This document shows positions 1 to 8,946 of a stretch of 64,000 bases of DNA, piece by piece. Origin of the DNA: an uncultured delta proteobacterium (GTDB taxonomy: Bacteria; Desulfobacterota; Zymogenia; Zymogenales; Zymogenaceae); NCBI GenBank assembly GCA_963792965.1, contig CAWBYW010000009.1:96001-160000 (forward strand), read 5' to 3'. How positions within the stretch are numbered: position 1 is the stretch's first letter; the number at the start of each line of letters is the position of its first letter. The position numbers and the translations under genes were made by a program. The notes under the pieces were generated by a model, which saw only the letters and a program-made list of their open reading frames with translations, was not told the origin of the DNA and made no database searches.

Positions 1-591
1 CGGAAGCTTAACCGTCAGCTCGGGGTCGAGCATCGCCAGGTCGCAGTTCGCGTAGGGGTGCGCCACCGAGAGCTTCGTATGCGCCTCCGTGTCAAGCACC
101 ACCATCGCAAACGTCACCTCGCTTCCGGTCCCCGCCGTGGTCGGAAAGGCGATGTGGGGCGGAAGGAGCTTTGCGCCCTCAAAGAGCGCCGCCTGATCGG
201 CCAGCGGTTTGAAGTCAGTATAACCCTGCCCGATCATGATGTTGACGGCCTTGGCGGTATCCATGACGCTCCCGCCGCCGATGACGATCATGCAGTCGGC
301 GCCGTTTTTCTTATAGAACTTCGTTCCCTCGTTGATGATGTCGATCCGGGCGTCCTGGACGATCCCGTCGAAGATCCCCACCAGCTTGAGATCGGACTTC
401 TTCACCTCATCGGCGACCATATCGCAGACACCGGCCTTGACGATCCCTTTGTCTGTAAAGATGACCGCTTTCGTCCCCCCGAGCACTCCCATTTCGTAGC
501 CGACCTCGGCCCGGAGCCCCGGCGAGTACATGATTTTGGGACGGTGCAGGAAGACAAAGAAAGGATCAAACGTGATATCGGGATACTTCAT
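1..591 (-). CDS. Iron-containing alcohol dehydrogenase (5' part; runs off window start)
   Basis: Manual translation from ATG at 591: MKYPDITFDPFFVFLHRPKIMYSPG...VIGGGSVMDTAKA...AFPTTAGTGSE. GGGSxxD and PTTAGTGSE are Fe-ADH motifs. Not in the ORF track because it is truncated. Confidence 0.9.
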   Translation of the reverse strand, partial: MKYPDITFDPFFVFLHRPKIMYSPGLRAEVGYEMGVLGGTKAVIFTDKGIVKAGVCDMVADEVKKSDLKLVGIFDGIVQDARIDIINEGTKFYKKNGADCMIVIGGGSVMDTAKAVNIMIGQGYTDFKPLADQAALFEGAKLLPPHIAFPTTAGTGSEVTFAMVVLDTEAHTKLSVAHPYANCDLAMLDPELTVKLP

Positions 592-688
592 AGAAGGCCT
601 CCTTTTTCAGGTTGATACATAGTATATAATATAAGTGCTTGTGCGCTTCGACTCACCCGCGATCGCGTCAAATAGGGGGCCACGGACG

Positions 689-1291
689 TCAGCCGCGTGA
701 GACCATCGAGAGGACCTGGTCGATCACCTTTTTGTTCATTTCGGCAAAGTCAAACGCGCGAGAGTCAAAGATGTGCTGGAGCGACGCGCCGAGCACCGCT
801 GCGATAACGAAGGATGAGGTGCTCTGTAACACGAGGTCCGCCTTGAAGACGCCCCGGGAGATGCCCATCTCGAGGATCTTTTCGATCTCACGTCTCCAGT
901 GCGAAAACAGCTTCGCGTTGATTTCCTTAATGAACTCCTTATGGTTGATCTGTGTCCAGAAGACCATAATGACACGGTAGAACTCCATATGCTCGTGCAC
1001 GATATCGAGGCTTATCTCGATGACGTTTCTGAGCTGCTCTTCCGGCCCCGAGCTCTCCTTCCTAACTTCGGCGAATCTTTTGTCGATGACGGCGATGATG
1101 GAATCGAAGAGCGAGACCATCATATCATCTTTGCTCTTAAAATAGTAGTAGACTATTCCTTTAGAGAAGCCGGCGTGATCGGCGATATCCTGAACCGTGA
1201 TATTTTCGTACCCGTTCTTGGCGATGATTTCGTACGCGGCGCGCGTAATCTGGGTCTCGCGGCGGCTCTTGAGGTCTTCTTTTGAAACCAT
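689..1291 (-). CDS. TetR/AcrR family transcriptional regulator
   Basis: N-terminal HTH ITVQDIADHAGFSKGIVYYYFKSKDD; 200 aa. Confidence 0.93.
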   Translation of the reverse strand: MVSKEDLKSRRETQITRAAYEIIAKNGYENITVQDIADHAGFSKGIVYYYFKSKDDMMVSLFDSIIAVIDKRFAEVRKESSGPEEQLRNVIEISLDIVHEHMEFYRVIMVFWTQINHKEFIKEINAKLFSHWRREIEKILEMGISRGVFKADLVLQSTSSFVIAAVLGASLQHIFDSRAFDFAEMNKKVIDQVLSMVSRG

Positions 1292-1310
1292 ATGCGTGGC
1301 CTGGAAGGTT

Positions 1311-1354
1311 TACTGACCAGTCAGTATTCTAACGCCTCGATCACCGTGAGTCAA
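1311..1354 (-). promoter_or_regulatory. sigma70 promoter of tetR with overlapping palindromic operator
   Basis: Minus strand TTGACT (1354-1349), 17 bp, TAGAAT (1331-1326); palindrome TACTGAC-CA-GTCAGTA at 1311-1326. Confidence 0.7.
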
Positions 1355-1405
1355 GGCTTTTCAGAGAGAAGGCCACCCGCAGGGCGTCGTCGAAGAAGGG
1401 GTGTC

Positions 1406-2234
1406 CTATTGCGCATCCAGCACACGGATAAAATCGACGAGGATCCCAAAGCTCTCCTCAAGGATGTCCGTGTTCACCACCGAGCGCCGGTCCCTGTCCG
1501 TATCGAGGATGAAGAGCCCGATCCTCGGGATGCCTTCCACCGTTATCGCCGGATACCCCGCGTCGAGGAAGACCTGTGAGTCGGCCCCTACGCCCGGTAT
1601 CGAGACGGGAGACAGGTCGTACCCCCGGCGCTTCCCGATCATGGTGAGGATCTCCTCCAGCCGGTCGGAAGACCCCTCCGCCCAGGAGCGGGGCGGTGCC
1701 ATCCCCAGGCACTCGAGGTTGACGGCGGCGGTAATCCTCGCGGGCATACGGGGACTTGTCTTTGACAAACCGCCGGGAGCCGACGTGCCCCTCTTCCTCA
1801 CCGTCGAAGGCGACGAACAACAGGGTGTGCCTGTTGGACCTGTCACGAAAGCACGAAAAGAGGGCGACCAGCATCGTGACACCCGAGAAGTCGTCCAGCG
1901 CCCCCTCCCCCTCCCCCTCCTGGGCCCGGTCGAGGTGGGCACAGATGATGATCGTATCCGGGAGCTTTCCGGCAACGGTGACAATCACGTTCCCCGGGCA
2001 CCCCTCCCCATCCCCGAGCGGCTCAACAGCAACCTCTTTTGCGCCGAACCCGGCAAAGAGGTCGCGGACAGCCACGCACCTTTCGCCGCTTTCCCGGGGG
2101 ATGGCCGAAAAACGGTCCCAGATGCGCGCCGGCCCGGCGCAGGGATCTGCAGACAACGCCCTCGCCGTAAAAAGGAGAAAAAGTAGGAGGACGAACCCGC
2201 CGACACGCTTTATGGGGGCACATCGATTACTCAC
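1406..2234 (-). CDS. M28 family metallopeptidase, secreted (one frameshift near 1745)
   Basis: Signal peptide, IICAHLD, GALDDFSG, FDGEEEGHVGS in ORF 1458..2234; continues as ITAAVNLECLG in ORF 1406..1984. Confidence 0.8.
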
Positions 2235-2272
2235 ATCCTATCCTCATGCTCCGCCGGCACCAGGGGCCGGCT

Positions 2273-3112
2273 TTACCACGGTTTGACGTCGCGCAGCGGC
2301 GACTCCGACCGGAGAATCATGGCGGTGGCCTTCGCCTCACATCTGTCCGCACAGAGCCCGCACCCCTGGCAGTTGAGCACCCGGGCAACCCGATGCTTCC
2401 CGTTGCGGGCGCGCCCGGCGACAAGCTCGCGCTCGTCGAAGGGGCAGACGTCGATGCACGTGCCGCATCCCCTGCACTTCTTCTCGTCCACCGTCGAGAC
2501 CGATCGGGAGGGGTAGAAGGTGTATGGCTCGTCTTTGAAAAGTCGGTACGCCACCAGCGGGACGCATGACTCTTTGCAGCAATTACAGACGACGAAGTAG
2601 TTTTCGCTCTGCCGGTAAAAGAGGTGTCGATCGATAGACTGGATCATGCCGTCCGCCCGCGACTTTCTACAGATCTGTTTAGCCTCTTGTTTCGTGATGA
2701 TCCGATAGTCTTTCGGGAAAAGGTCCTTGTACCAGATCGTGGCGGACTGTCTGATGACGATATCGGTCATGATCTCATGGTCGCAGTTTTTGTTGCCGAC
2801 CCGGCAGCGACACGGCCCGACGGCGATGGCGTGATCGTCGGAGAGGCCGTCGATGAAGGAAAGGGCCTCATCGAGCGTCGTGGCCTGGCAGACAACCCCG
2901 CGCGTGCCCAGGAAGTGGGCGAAAAGGTAATAGAAGGGCTTGCGAAACCAGGCCTTCTTCATGACCGAAAGGCGGCTGACCCGGAACAGGATCCTGAGGA
3001 GCTCCACCTCGTGCCAGGCGTAGCCCTTGAAGAGAAATCGTCTGAGTCTGGAGCCCTCGTCGGTGATGTGCCCGATCAGCGACAACGACAGTGCCGCGAG
3101 TATCGCTTCCAT
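2273..3112 (-). CDS. 4Fe-4S dicluster-binding protein
   Basis: GPCRCR, CNCCKESC, CRGCGTCIDVCP and CQGCGLCADRC motifs. Confidence 0.85.
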   Translation of the reverse strand: MEAILAALSLSLIGHITDEGSRLRRFLFKGYAWHEVELLRILFRVSRLSVMKKAWFRKPFYYLFAHFLGTRGVVCQATTLDEALSFIDGLSDDHAIAVGPCRCRVGNKNCDHEIMTDIVIRQSATIWYKDLFPKDYRIITKQEAKQICRKSRADGMIQSIDRHLFYRQSENYFVVCNCCKESCVPLVAYRLFKDEPYTFYPSRSVSTVDEKKCRGCGTCIDVCPFDERELVAGRARNGKHRVARVLNCQGCGLCADRCEAKATAMILRSESPLRDVKPW

Positions 3113-3161
3113 CTTACCTTCCTCACGTATCCCACGGAGATATGGGCATCAGACCTTCGGG

Positions 3162-4779
3162 CTATTGGCCGGTCTTTTCAAACTCCTCTTTGAGCCTGAG
3201 CTTCATGATCTTGCCCACCGGCGTCAGGGGCAGGGAGTCGCGAAAGACGATCTGCCGCGGCACCTTGTAGTCGGCCAGGTGCTCCTTGCAGTAGGCCTTG
3301 AGCTCCGCCTCGCTGGGCGCACTTCCCGGCTTCGCCACGATATAGTAGCGGCCCACCTCCCCGAGGACCGGGTCGGGCACGCCGATGCCCGCGGCCATCA
3401 ACACCTTCGGGTGCTTGGAGAGGAGATTTTCCACCTCCACCGGGTAGACGTTGTAGCCGCCCTGCAGGTACATCTCCTTCTTCCTCCCCTTGAGCGTGAT
3501 GTACCCCTTCTCGTCGACGTATCCCATGTCCCCGGTATGGAGCCACCCGTCGGCATCGAAGGTCTCGGCGGTCTCATCCGGCATCATGAAGTAGCCCCGG
3601 CAGACCGCGTCCCCGCGAAAGCAGAGCTCACCGACCTCACCCACCGGCAGCTCCTTGCCGTCGGCGTCAACGACCTTGACCTTGAAATCTCCGATCGGCT
3701 TGCCGATGGAGCGCACTGTCGTCTCAAAATCGCTGTCCCAGGGGGAAAGCACGACCGCGCCGGAGGTCTCCGAGAGCCCATAGAGGTTCATGACCATGGC
3801 GTTTGGAAAGACTTCCTGGATCCTCGTGAGGAGGGCCGGCTCGGAGTTGGAGCCTCCCGAGATCGCCAGCCTCACCCGGCTCATATCGAGCTTCAGAAAA
3901 TCCGGGTTCATAAAGAGGAGCGTGTAGAGGGTGGGGACTCCCCCGTAGACCGTCGGCTTGTAGATCGAGGCCTGTTTCACTATATCGTTGAGATCGGGCG
4001 TCGGGATAAGGACGCCGGGGGCCTTGGCCAGGAGGCTGGACAGTATCGCGCAGGTGATCCCCCCCACGTGGTTGAGCGGCAGCACCACCAGCATGCTGTC
4101 GTCGGCGCTCATCCGCGCGTGCTCGACCTGCGCCCGCGCCGAGGCGAGCTGGCTCTTGTGGGAGATCGCCGCGCCCTTGGGCTTGCCCGTCGTGCCGGAG
4201 GTATAGATAATGATGATCAGGTCATCGGGGACGACCGCCTTCTTCGCGGCGCGAAAGGGCGGCAGTGTCCACCGTGGTCTGTTGAAGCGAGCGGTACGTC
4301 CGGCCGCCGGCAAAACGCGCCACGGCCCCCGGCGGGGTCGTCTCCGTTTCGATGAAGATGAAATCAGTGACGGTCGGGATCTTTTTCCGAAGCCCGTCCA
4401 GAAAGGACAGGTAGTCAAAGCCGGCAAGGTCCGTCGGGGCGACCAGGGCCCGCGCCCCGCTCTGGTTGAGCATATAGTCAAGCTCCATGTCCCGATACCG
4501 GACGTTGAGCGCCACTACTACCGCGCCGATCTTTGCGGCGGCAAAATAGGTATAGAGCCACTCGGGCTGGTTGAGGCCGATCATCCCGATCCGATCCCCC
4601 TTCTCGAATCCGAGCGCCAACAGCCCCGCGGCCACGCGGTCCGACGCCTCGTCCACGTCCCGAAAGCTGATCTCACTTCCCCGGTAGATATATGCCGTGC
4701 GAAAAGAGCCGTCCGGAAGCGGACGCGCCGCCTCGGCCAGCGCTTCGTGGATCAGGTTCGTTTTGCCGCTCTGTTTCAT
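3162..4779 (-). CDS. AMP-dependent acyl-CoA synthetase/ligase (frameshifted around 4230-4340)
   Basis: IYTSGTTGKPKG, YGLSET, WLHTGDMG and GKIMK adenylate-forming motifs; N-terminal part lies in ORF 4222..4845. Confidence 0.9.
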
Positions 4780-5037
4780 GGGCGGGCTCCCACAGAGGTT
4801 ATGATGCTGCGTGCATCGGATCGCCAAAACGAGTGCCGCCGCCACGCTGAATGGCAGCGTCTCTTCGAATTATCGTAGGGGAATTTTCCAACAACAATAC
4901 ATGAGAAGGCCGGCACAATCAATCAAAATAGTACGGAAGCGCGCCGCCCCTCGGACCGAGGCCTACTTTCGGAGGGGCTTGACAACGGCGACGGCTGCTG
5001 TTATTGTTCCTTTTCTTGAAGAGGACTGAGAAGAGAG

Positions 5038-5397
5038 ATGGGACTCGAGATTATCCTGACGGAGGGCGTAAACCCGCCCGAGCTTTCCCACGGCGGGACG
5101 TACGACGATACGCGGCACGCCGTCGTCCTTCCCCGCGGCGCCTGTATCATCGGGGTGGGGGGATTTTTGTTCGATGAGGTGTCGCCGGACGGCACAATGA
5201 AAGAAGCGACCAACCGCTTCTGGCTGAGATTCGTTGACATCAAGTATATCAAGACGACCGAGGGGACCGTCCTCTTCAGGAACTTCGACCTCTGCCCTTC
5301 CTGCGACGTGATGGATCATGTCTTCAAAAACGACCGGAGGCGCGGGGTCGTCCGCACCTGCCGCCGCTGCGGAAGGGATATCCCTATACGCGAATAA
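5038..5397 (+). CDS. Hypothetical protein with C-terminal zinc ribbon
   Basis: 119 aa, purine-rich RBS-like sequence upstream, CPSC...CRRC. Confidence 0.65.
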   Translation: MGLEIILTEGVNPPELSHGGTYDDTRHAVVLPRGACIIGVGGFLFDEVSPDGTMKEATNRFWLRFVDIKYIKTTEGTVLFRNFDLCPSCDVMDHVFKNDRRRGVVRTCRRCGRDIPIRE

Positions 5398-5615
5398 CCG
5401 ACAGTAACGAGCCTTAAAAACTCCACCCTTACCTTTGAACAAATCAAGACCCAATCCCACATCTTCCCATTTTCATCCCTCCCACGTATAGCCGACAAAA
5501 AAGAGGGAGCATTCGTCTCCCCCTTCCTGATCCCCGGTTTGCCGTTTGGGGTGGCGTCCCCCAAGGGAGACGTTCGCTTGACGCCGGGACAGGCCTCATG
5601 TTTTTTGTACATGCC

Positions 5616-5631
5616 TGCAAAATAATTTGCA
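5616..5631. promoter_or_regulatory. Putative upstream activator site TGCAA-N6-TTGCA (copy 1)
   Basis: TGCAAAATAATTTGCA, 203 bp upstream of the sigma54 -24 box; same motif and spacing at 7737. Confidence 0.6.
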
Positions 5632-5818
5632 CTTTGCGTTACATAAAAGTATTAATAATAACAGGCGGTTCCCTCCAGTGCCAAAATAGTCTGCATACTG
5701 AATAATTCCTGCCCCCTCGAAGAGAATCCATGTCATGGATAACCGGGTCATACGTACCACAAACCGCGTCTTTTCTCTCATAACCAATTGAAATAATTCA
5801 ATATTTAGTGCTTTAAGT

Positions 5819-5833
5819 TGGCACGACGATTGC
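5819..5833 (+). promoter_or_regulatory. sigma54 -24/-12 promoter
   Basis: TGGCAC-GACGA-TTGC matches the consensus; IHF-like TAACCAATTGAAA at 5781-5793. Confidence 0.8.
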
Positions 5834-5923
5834 TCTTAGAATACTCAGCCGCGATTACGCATCAATATAGGCCGTTGGTCATGCCTCGGTCGGATGTGTA
5901 GCGCTAATACGTAGGAGAAAGCC

Positions 5924-6613
5924 ATGACACATTTGAAAGCAGTTGGTGTTCCGCCCGATCTCGTTCCCGTTTTCGAAGCTGCTGAAGAAAAAATCAAGGG
6001 ATTCTTCGACACCATTAAACCCTATCCCGAAAAGGGGAGAATAGAGATCGGTGGAACAAGGTTCATGTGGGCCCAGGCGCGCGGAATGGCGCTTTCTTTC
6101 CGTGATACGATAATAGACATATACGGTGAGAAAGGGACTGAACAAATTCTGTATAAGTTCGGCCACTCCCTCGGTTCTCACGAGGCCAAGGCCTTCATCG
6201 AGCGCTTCAAACTGAAAGATCCGGTGGAAAAGCTTGCGGCGGGCCCGGTCTACTTCGCCTATACCGGCTGGGCATTCGTCGAATTTCTCCCGTCCAGCAG
6301 GCCCGCTCCGAATGAGGACTGCATTTTGACGTACAACCATCCCGGCTCTTTTGAGGCCGAGTTCTATCTCGCGGACAAGAAAAAAGCCGACCACCCCATC
6401 TGCTTCATCAACGCCGGGTATTCGTCGGGGTGGTCGGCGGAAAGCTTCGGTCTCCCGCTCGAGTCACGGGAGGTCACCTGTCAGGCGCGGGGAGACGAAC
6501 ATTGCACGTTCGTTTTGACCCACCGCAACAAGATGCTGGAGAGGCTCGAGAAATTCAGAGAGCTCCTGAAGACGAAGAAACGCTCCGAGATTACGACGGA
6601 AGACCTGCTCTGA
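5924..6613 (+). CDS. Stand-alone XylR-N/V4R domain protein (copy A)
   Basis: GPVYFAYTGWAFV, SFEA, PICFINAGYSSGW...EVTCQARGDEHCTF; no output domain; RBS AGGAG. Confidence 0.85.
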   Translation: MTHLKAVGVPPDLVPVFEAAEEKIKGFFDTIKPYPEKGRIEIGGTRFMWAQARGMALSFRDTIIDIYGEKGTEQILYKFGHSLGSHEAKAFIERFKLKDPVEKLAAGPVYFAYTGWAFVEFLPSSRPAPNEDCILTYNHPGSFEAEFYLADKKKADHPICFINAGYSSGWSAESFGLPLESREVTCQARGDEHCTFVLTHRNKMLERLEKFRELLKTKKRSEITTEDLL

Positions 6614-6670
6614 GGACGGTTCGAAAGACTGTTGAAGAGGTTGAGATTTGCATGCTCTCCAAGCGGCTGG

Positions 6671-6787
6671 GGGCGCGGCATGGCCCTTGCTTTCCGAGAT
6701 ACTATGCCCGATACCTACGGTGAAAAGGGGACGGAATAGACCCTCAATAAATTCGACCAATCACCGGGCTCCAGCAAAGCGAAGGGA
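6671..6787 (+). pseudogene. Decayed fragment of a third XylR-N/V4R paralog
   Basis: Translates GRGMALAFRDTMPDTYGEKGTE*TLNKFDQSPGSSKAKG versus ARGMALSFRDTIIDIYGEKGTEQILYKFGHSLGSHEAKA in copy A; TAG at 6737. Confidence 0.75.
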
Positions 6788-6840
6788 ATTGTATAACATC
6801 AAATCCTTATCCTGAACAATATTCACAGGAGCCAGCCATT

Positions 6841-7446
6841 ATGAGCGGCGATGAGAAAATGGCGACGAATATGTCCATTCGGGCGGCCGTCGATTGTTTC
6901 ACCGAAATCATGGGGAAGAACGGTGCGAGAATAATCTTCAGGAATGCGGGGTTCGAGCACATCTATGACACCCCCCCGCCGTACGACTTGAATCCTAATA
7001 TTTCCGTAGAGTCACAAACTCGACTCTATATTGAGGTCGCCCAACTCGTCGGGCTCAAAGGAGCGCTGAGCATATGGAGGCGAGTCGGATATGCAGCCGT
7101 AAAATACGGGAATGAGTTCGGCCATGCATTTGACGCATATACAGATCTTCCTCCCGATGAAAAATACAACAAATCCAGCGAGCTCCTCTCGATGGTGATC
7201 GGCAAGGGGAAGACAGTGATGAGTGGCACGGGGAGGGTTGATTTTGACTGCTTTGACTGCACGGTATGCTCCCCGTACTTCTCCTCGGAGACCAAGAGGC
7301 CGGTTTGTCTTCTCTATACGGGTGCACTTCAGTATATTGCCGATTGGGCGTACGGGAAAAACGCCGCACAGGTCGTCGAGACGAAATGCAAGGCAAAGGG
7401 TGACGACACGTGCTACTACGAGCTGGTAATGACTGAGCCTTCTTGA
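6841..7446 (+). CDS. V4R (4-vinyl reductase) domain protein, different subfamily
   Basis: EIMGKNGARIIFRNAG, CFDCTVC, PVC...ETKCKAKGDDTCYY. Confidence 0.8.
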   Translation: MSGDEKMATNMSIRAAVDCFTEIMGKNGARIIFRNAGFEHIYDTPPPYDLNPNISVESQTRLYIEVAQLVGLKGALSIWRRVGYAAVKYGNEFGHAFDAYTDLPPDEKYNKSSELLSMVIGKGKTVMSGTGRVDFDCFDCTVCSPYFSSETKRPVCLLYTGALQYIADWAYGKNAAQVVETKCKAKGDDTCYYELVMTEPS

Positions 7447-7736
7447 TATGACCTGCTTGGCCGGGTTGTCCGCTCCCGTAGCGGCTGCTGAAGACAGATC
7501 CCGATGAGGGGGTAGCCGACAGCAACGATCCCCCCAAAATGTCATCCTTACCTTTGAACGAATCAAAGCGTAATCCCATATCTTCCGCCTTTTCATCTAT
7601 CGCGATCCCCGCAAATCTGACAGTGGAGATTAATAAGCCAAGAGGAAAGTCGCCATGGCGATTAACCTCCCTCTCGATAATGCCAAAACAATAGAAGATA
7701 GTATGCTGACATATGATATTCGTTTTTATGCGCATG

Positions 7737-7752
7737 TGCAAGAAATCTTGCA
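7737..7752. promoter_or_regulatory. Putative upstream activator site TGCAA-N6-TTGCA (copy 2)
   Basis: GTGCAAGAAATCTTGCAC near-perfect palindrome, 203 bp upstream of the sigma54 -24 box at 7940. Confidence 0.6.
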
Positions 7753-7939
7753 CCCTTGATTTTCGGAAATACCAATGATAATAGGCTGTTTCCCGAAACG
7801 TGACAAGAATTATGCATAGCGCGCCTCCCCTCCCCCCGGCCAAACGGATATAGGCTCGACAGGTGAGCCATTAGGATAACAAACTAAGTGTTTTCTTCTA
7901 TAACCAGTTGATGTCGCTTAAGGCTCCCCGCGCCTAAGG

Positions 7940-7954
7940 TGGTACACTATTTGC
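7940..7954 (+). promoter_or_regulatory. sigma54 -24/-12 promoter
   Basis: TGGTAC-ACTAT-TTGC; IHF-like TAACCAGTTGATG at 7901-7913. Confidence 0.75.
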
Positions 7955-8048
7955 TACTTACCATATCTTGGCCGTAAATACTTACCGGGCAAGATAGAAA
8001 GTCAGGCTCTATGTCGGATAGATTACATCAATTAGTAAGGAGAAATTC

Positions 8049-8738
8049 ATGACAGCATTGAAAGCAGTGGGTGTCCCACCCGATCTTGTTCCCGCCTTCC
8101 AGGCCGCTGAAGAAAGAATCAAGGGATTTTTCGATATGATTAAGCTCTATCCCGAAAAGGGGAGGATAGAGATCGGCGGCACGAGGTTCATGTGGGCACA
8201 GGCGCGCGGAATGGCGCTTTCTTTCCGTGACACGATAATCGACATATACGGTGAGAAAGGGACTGAACAAATTCTGTATAAGTTCGGCCATTCCCTCGGT
8301 TCCTACGAGGCCAAGGCCTTCATCGAGCGTTTCAAGTTGAAAGACCCGGTGGAAAAGGTCGCGGCGGGCCCGGTCTATTTCGCCTATACCGGCTGGGCAT
8401 TCGTCGAATTTCTCCCGTCCAGCAGGCCCGCGCCGAATGAGGACTGCATCTTGGCATACAACCATCCCGGCTCCTTCGAGGCCGAGTTCTATATCGCGGA
8501 CAAGAAAAAGGTCGACCATCCCATCTGCTTCATCAACGCCGGATATTCGTCCGGGTGGGCCGCGGAGAGCTTCGGCCTCCCCCTCGAGGCCCGGGAGGTC
8601 ACCTGCCAGGCGCAGGGAGACGAACATTGCACGTTTCTTCTGACCCACCGCAACAAGATGTTGGAGAGGCTCGAGAAATTCAGAGAGCTCCTGAAGACGA
8701 AGAAACGCTCCGAGATTACGACGGAAGACCTGCTCTGA
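8049..8738 (+). CDS. Stand-alone XylR-N/V4R domain protein (copy B)
   Basis: 229 aa; 15 substitutions versus copy A by manual comparison (~93% identical). Confidence 0.85.
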   Translation: MTALKAVGVPPDLVPAFQAAEERIKGFFDMIKLYPEKGRIEIGGTRFMWAQARGMALSFRDTIIDIYGEKGTEQILYKFGHSLGSYEAKAFIERFKLKDPVEKVAAGPVYFAYTGWAFVEFLPSSRPAPNEDCILAYNHPGSFEAEFYIADKKKVDHPICFINAGYSSGWAAESFGLPLEAREVTCQAQGDEHCTFLLTHRNKMLERLEKFRELLKTKKRSEITTEDLL

Positions 8739-8786
8739 GGACGGTTCGAAACTTACCGGTGGAGTAGTCATACTCCGCAAGGGGAT

Positions 8787-8811
8787 GGGGGGCGCGGCGC
8801 CCCCCTTTTTT
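8787..8811 (+). terminator. Rho-independent terminator
   Basis: GGGGGGCGC-G-GCGCCCCCC followed by TTTTTT. Confidence 0.7.
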
Positions 8812-8946
8812 CTTCGCACCTCGCGGTTCCCTCACCTCGCCGCAAATCTCCGCCCAATAGAATATCCCAAAATAAAATAATATACATCTCACTTCCACCA
8901 CAGTATAATGAGCCCAGTCTTTTCCATTTAAGAGAGGAGGGCATCT

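Noticed and set aside
58-615. 185-aa plus-strand ORF, and many similar long antisense ORFs (e.g. 3027..4355, 19767..20966, 42532..43953, 44002..45090)
   Set aside because: Shadow ORFs opposite clearly identified genes in GC-rich DNA
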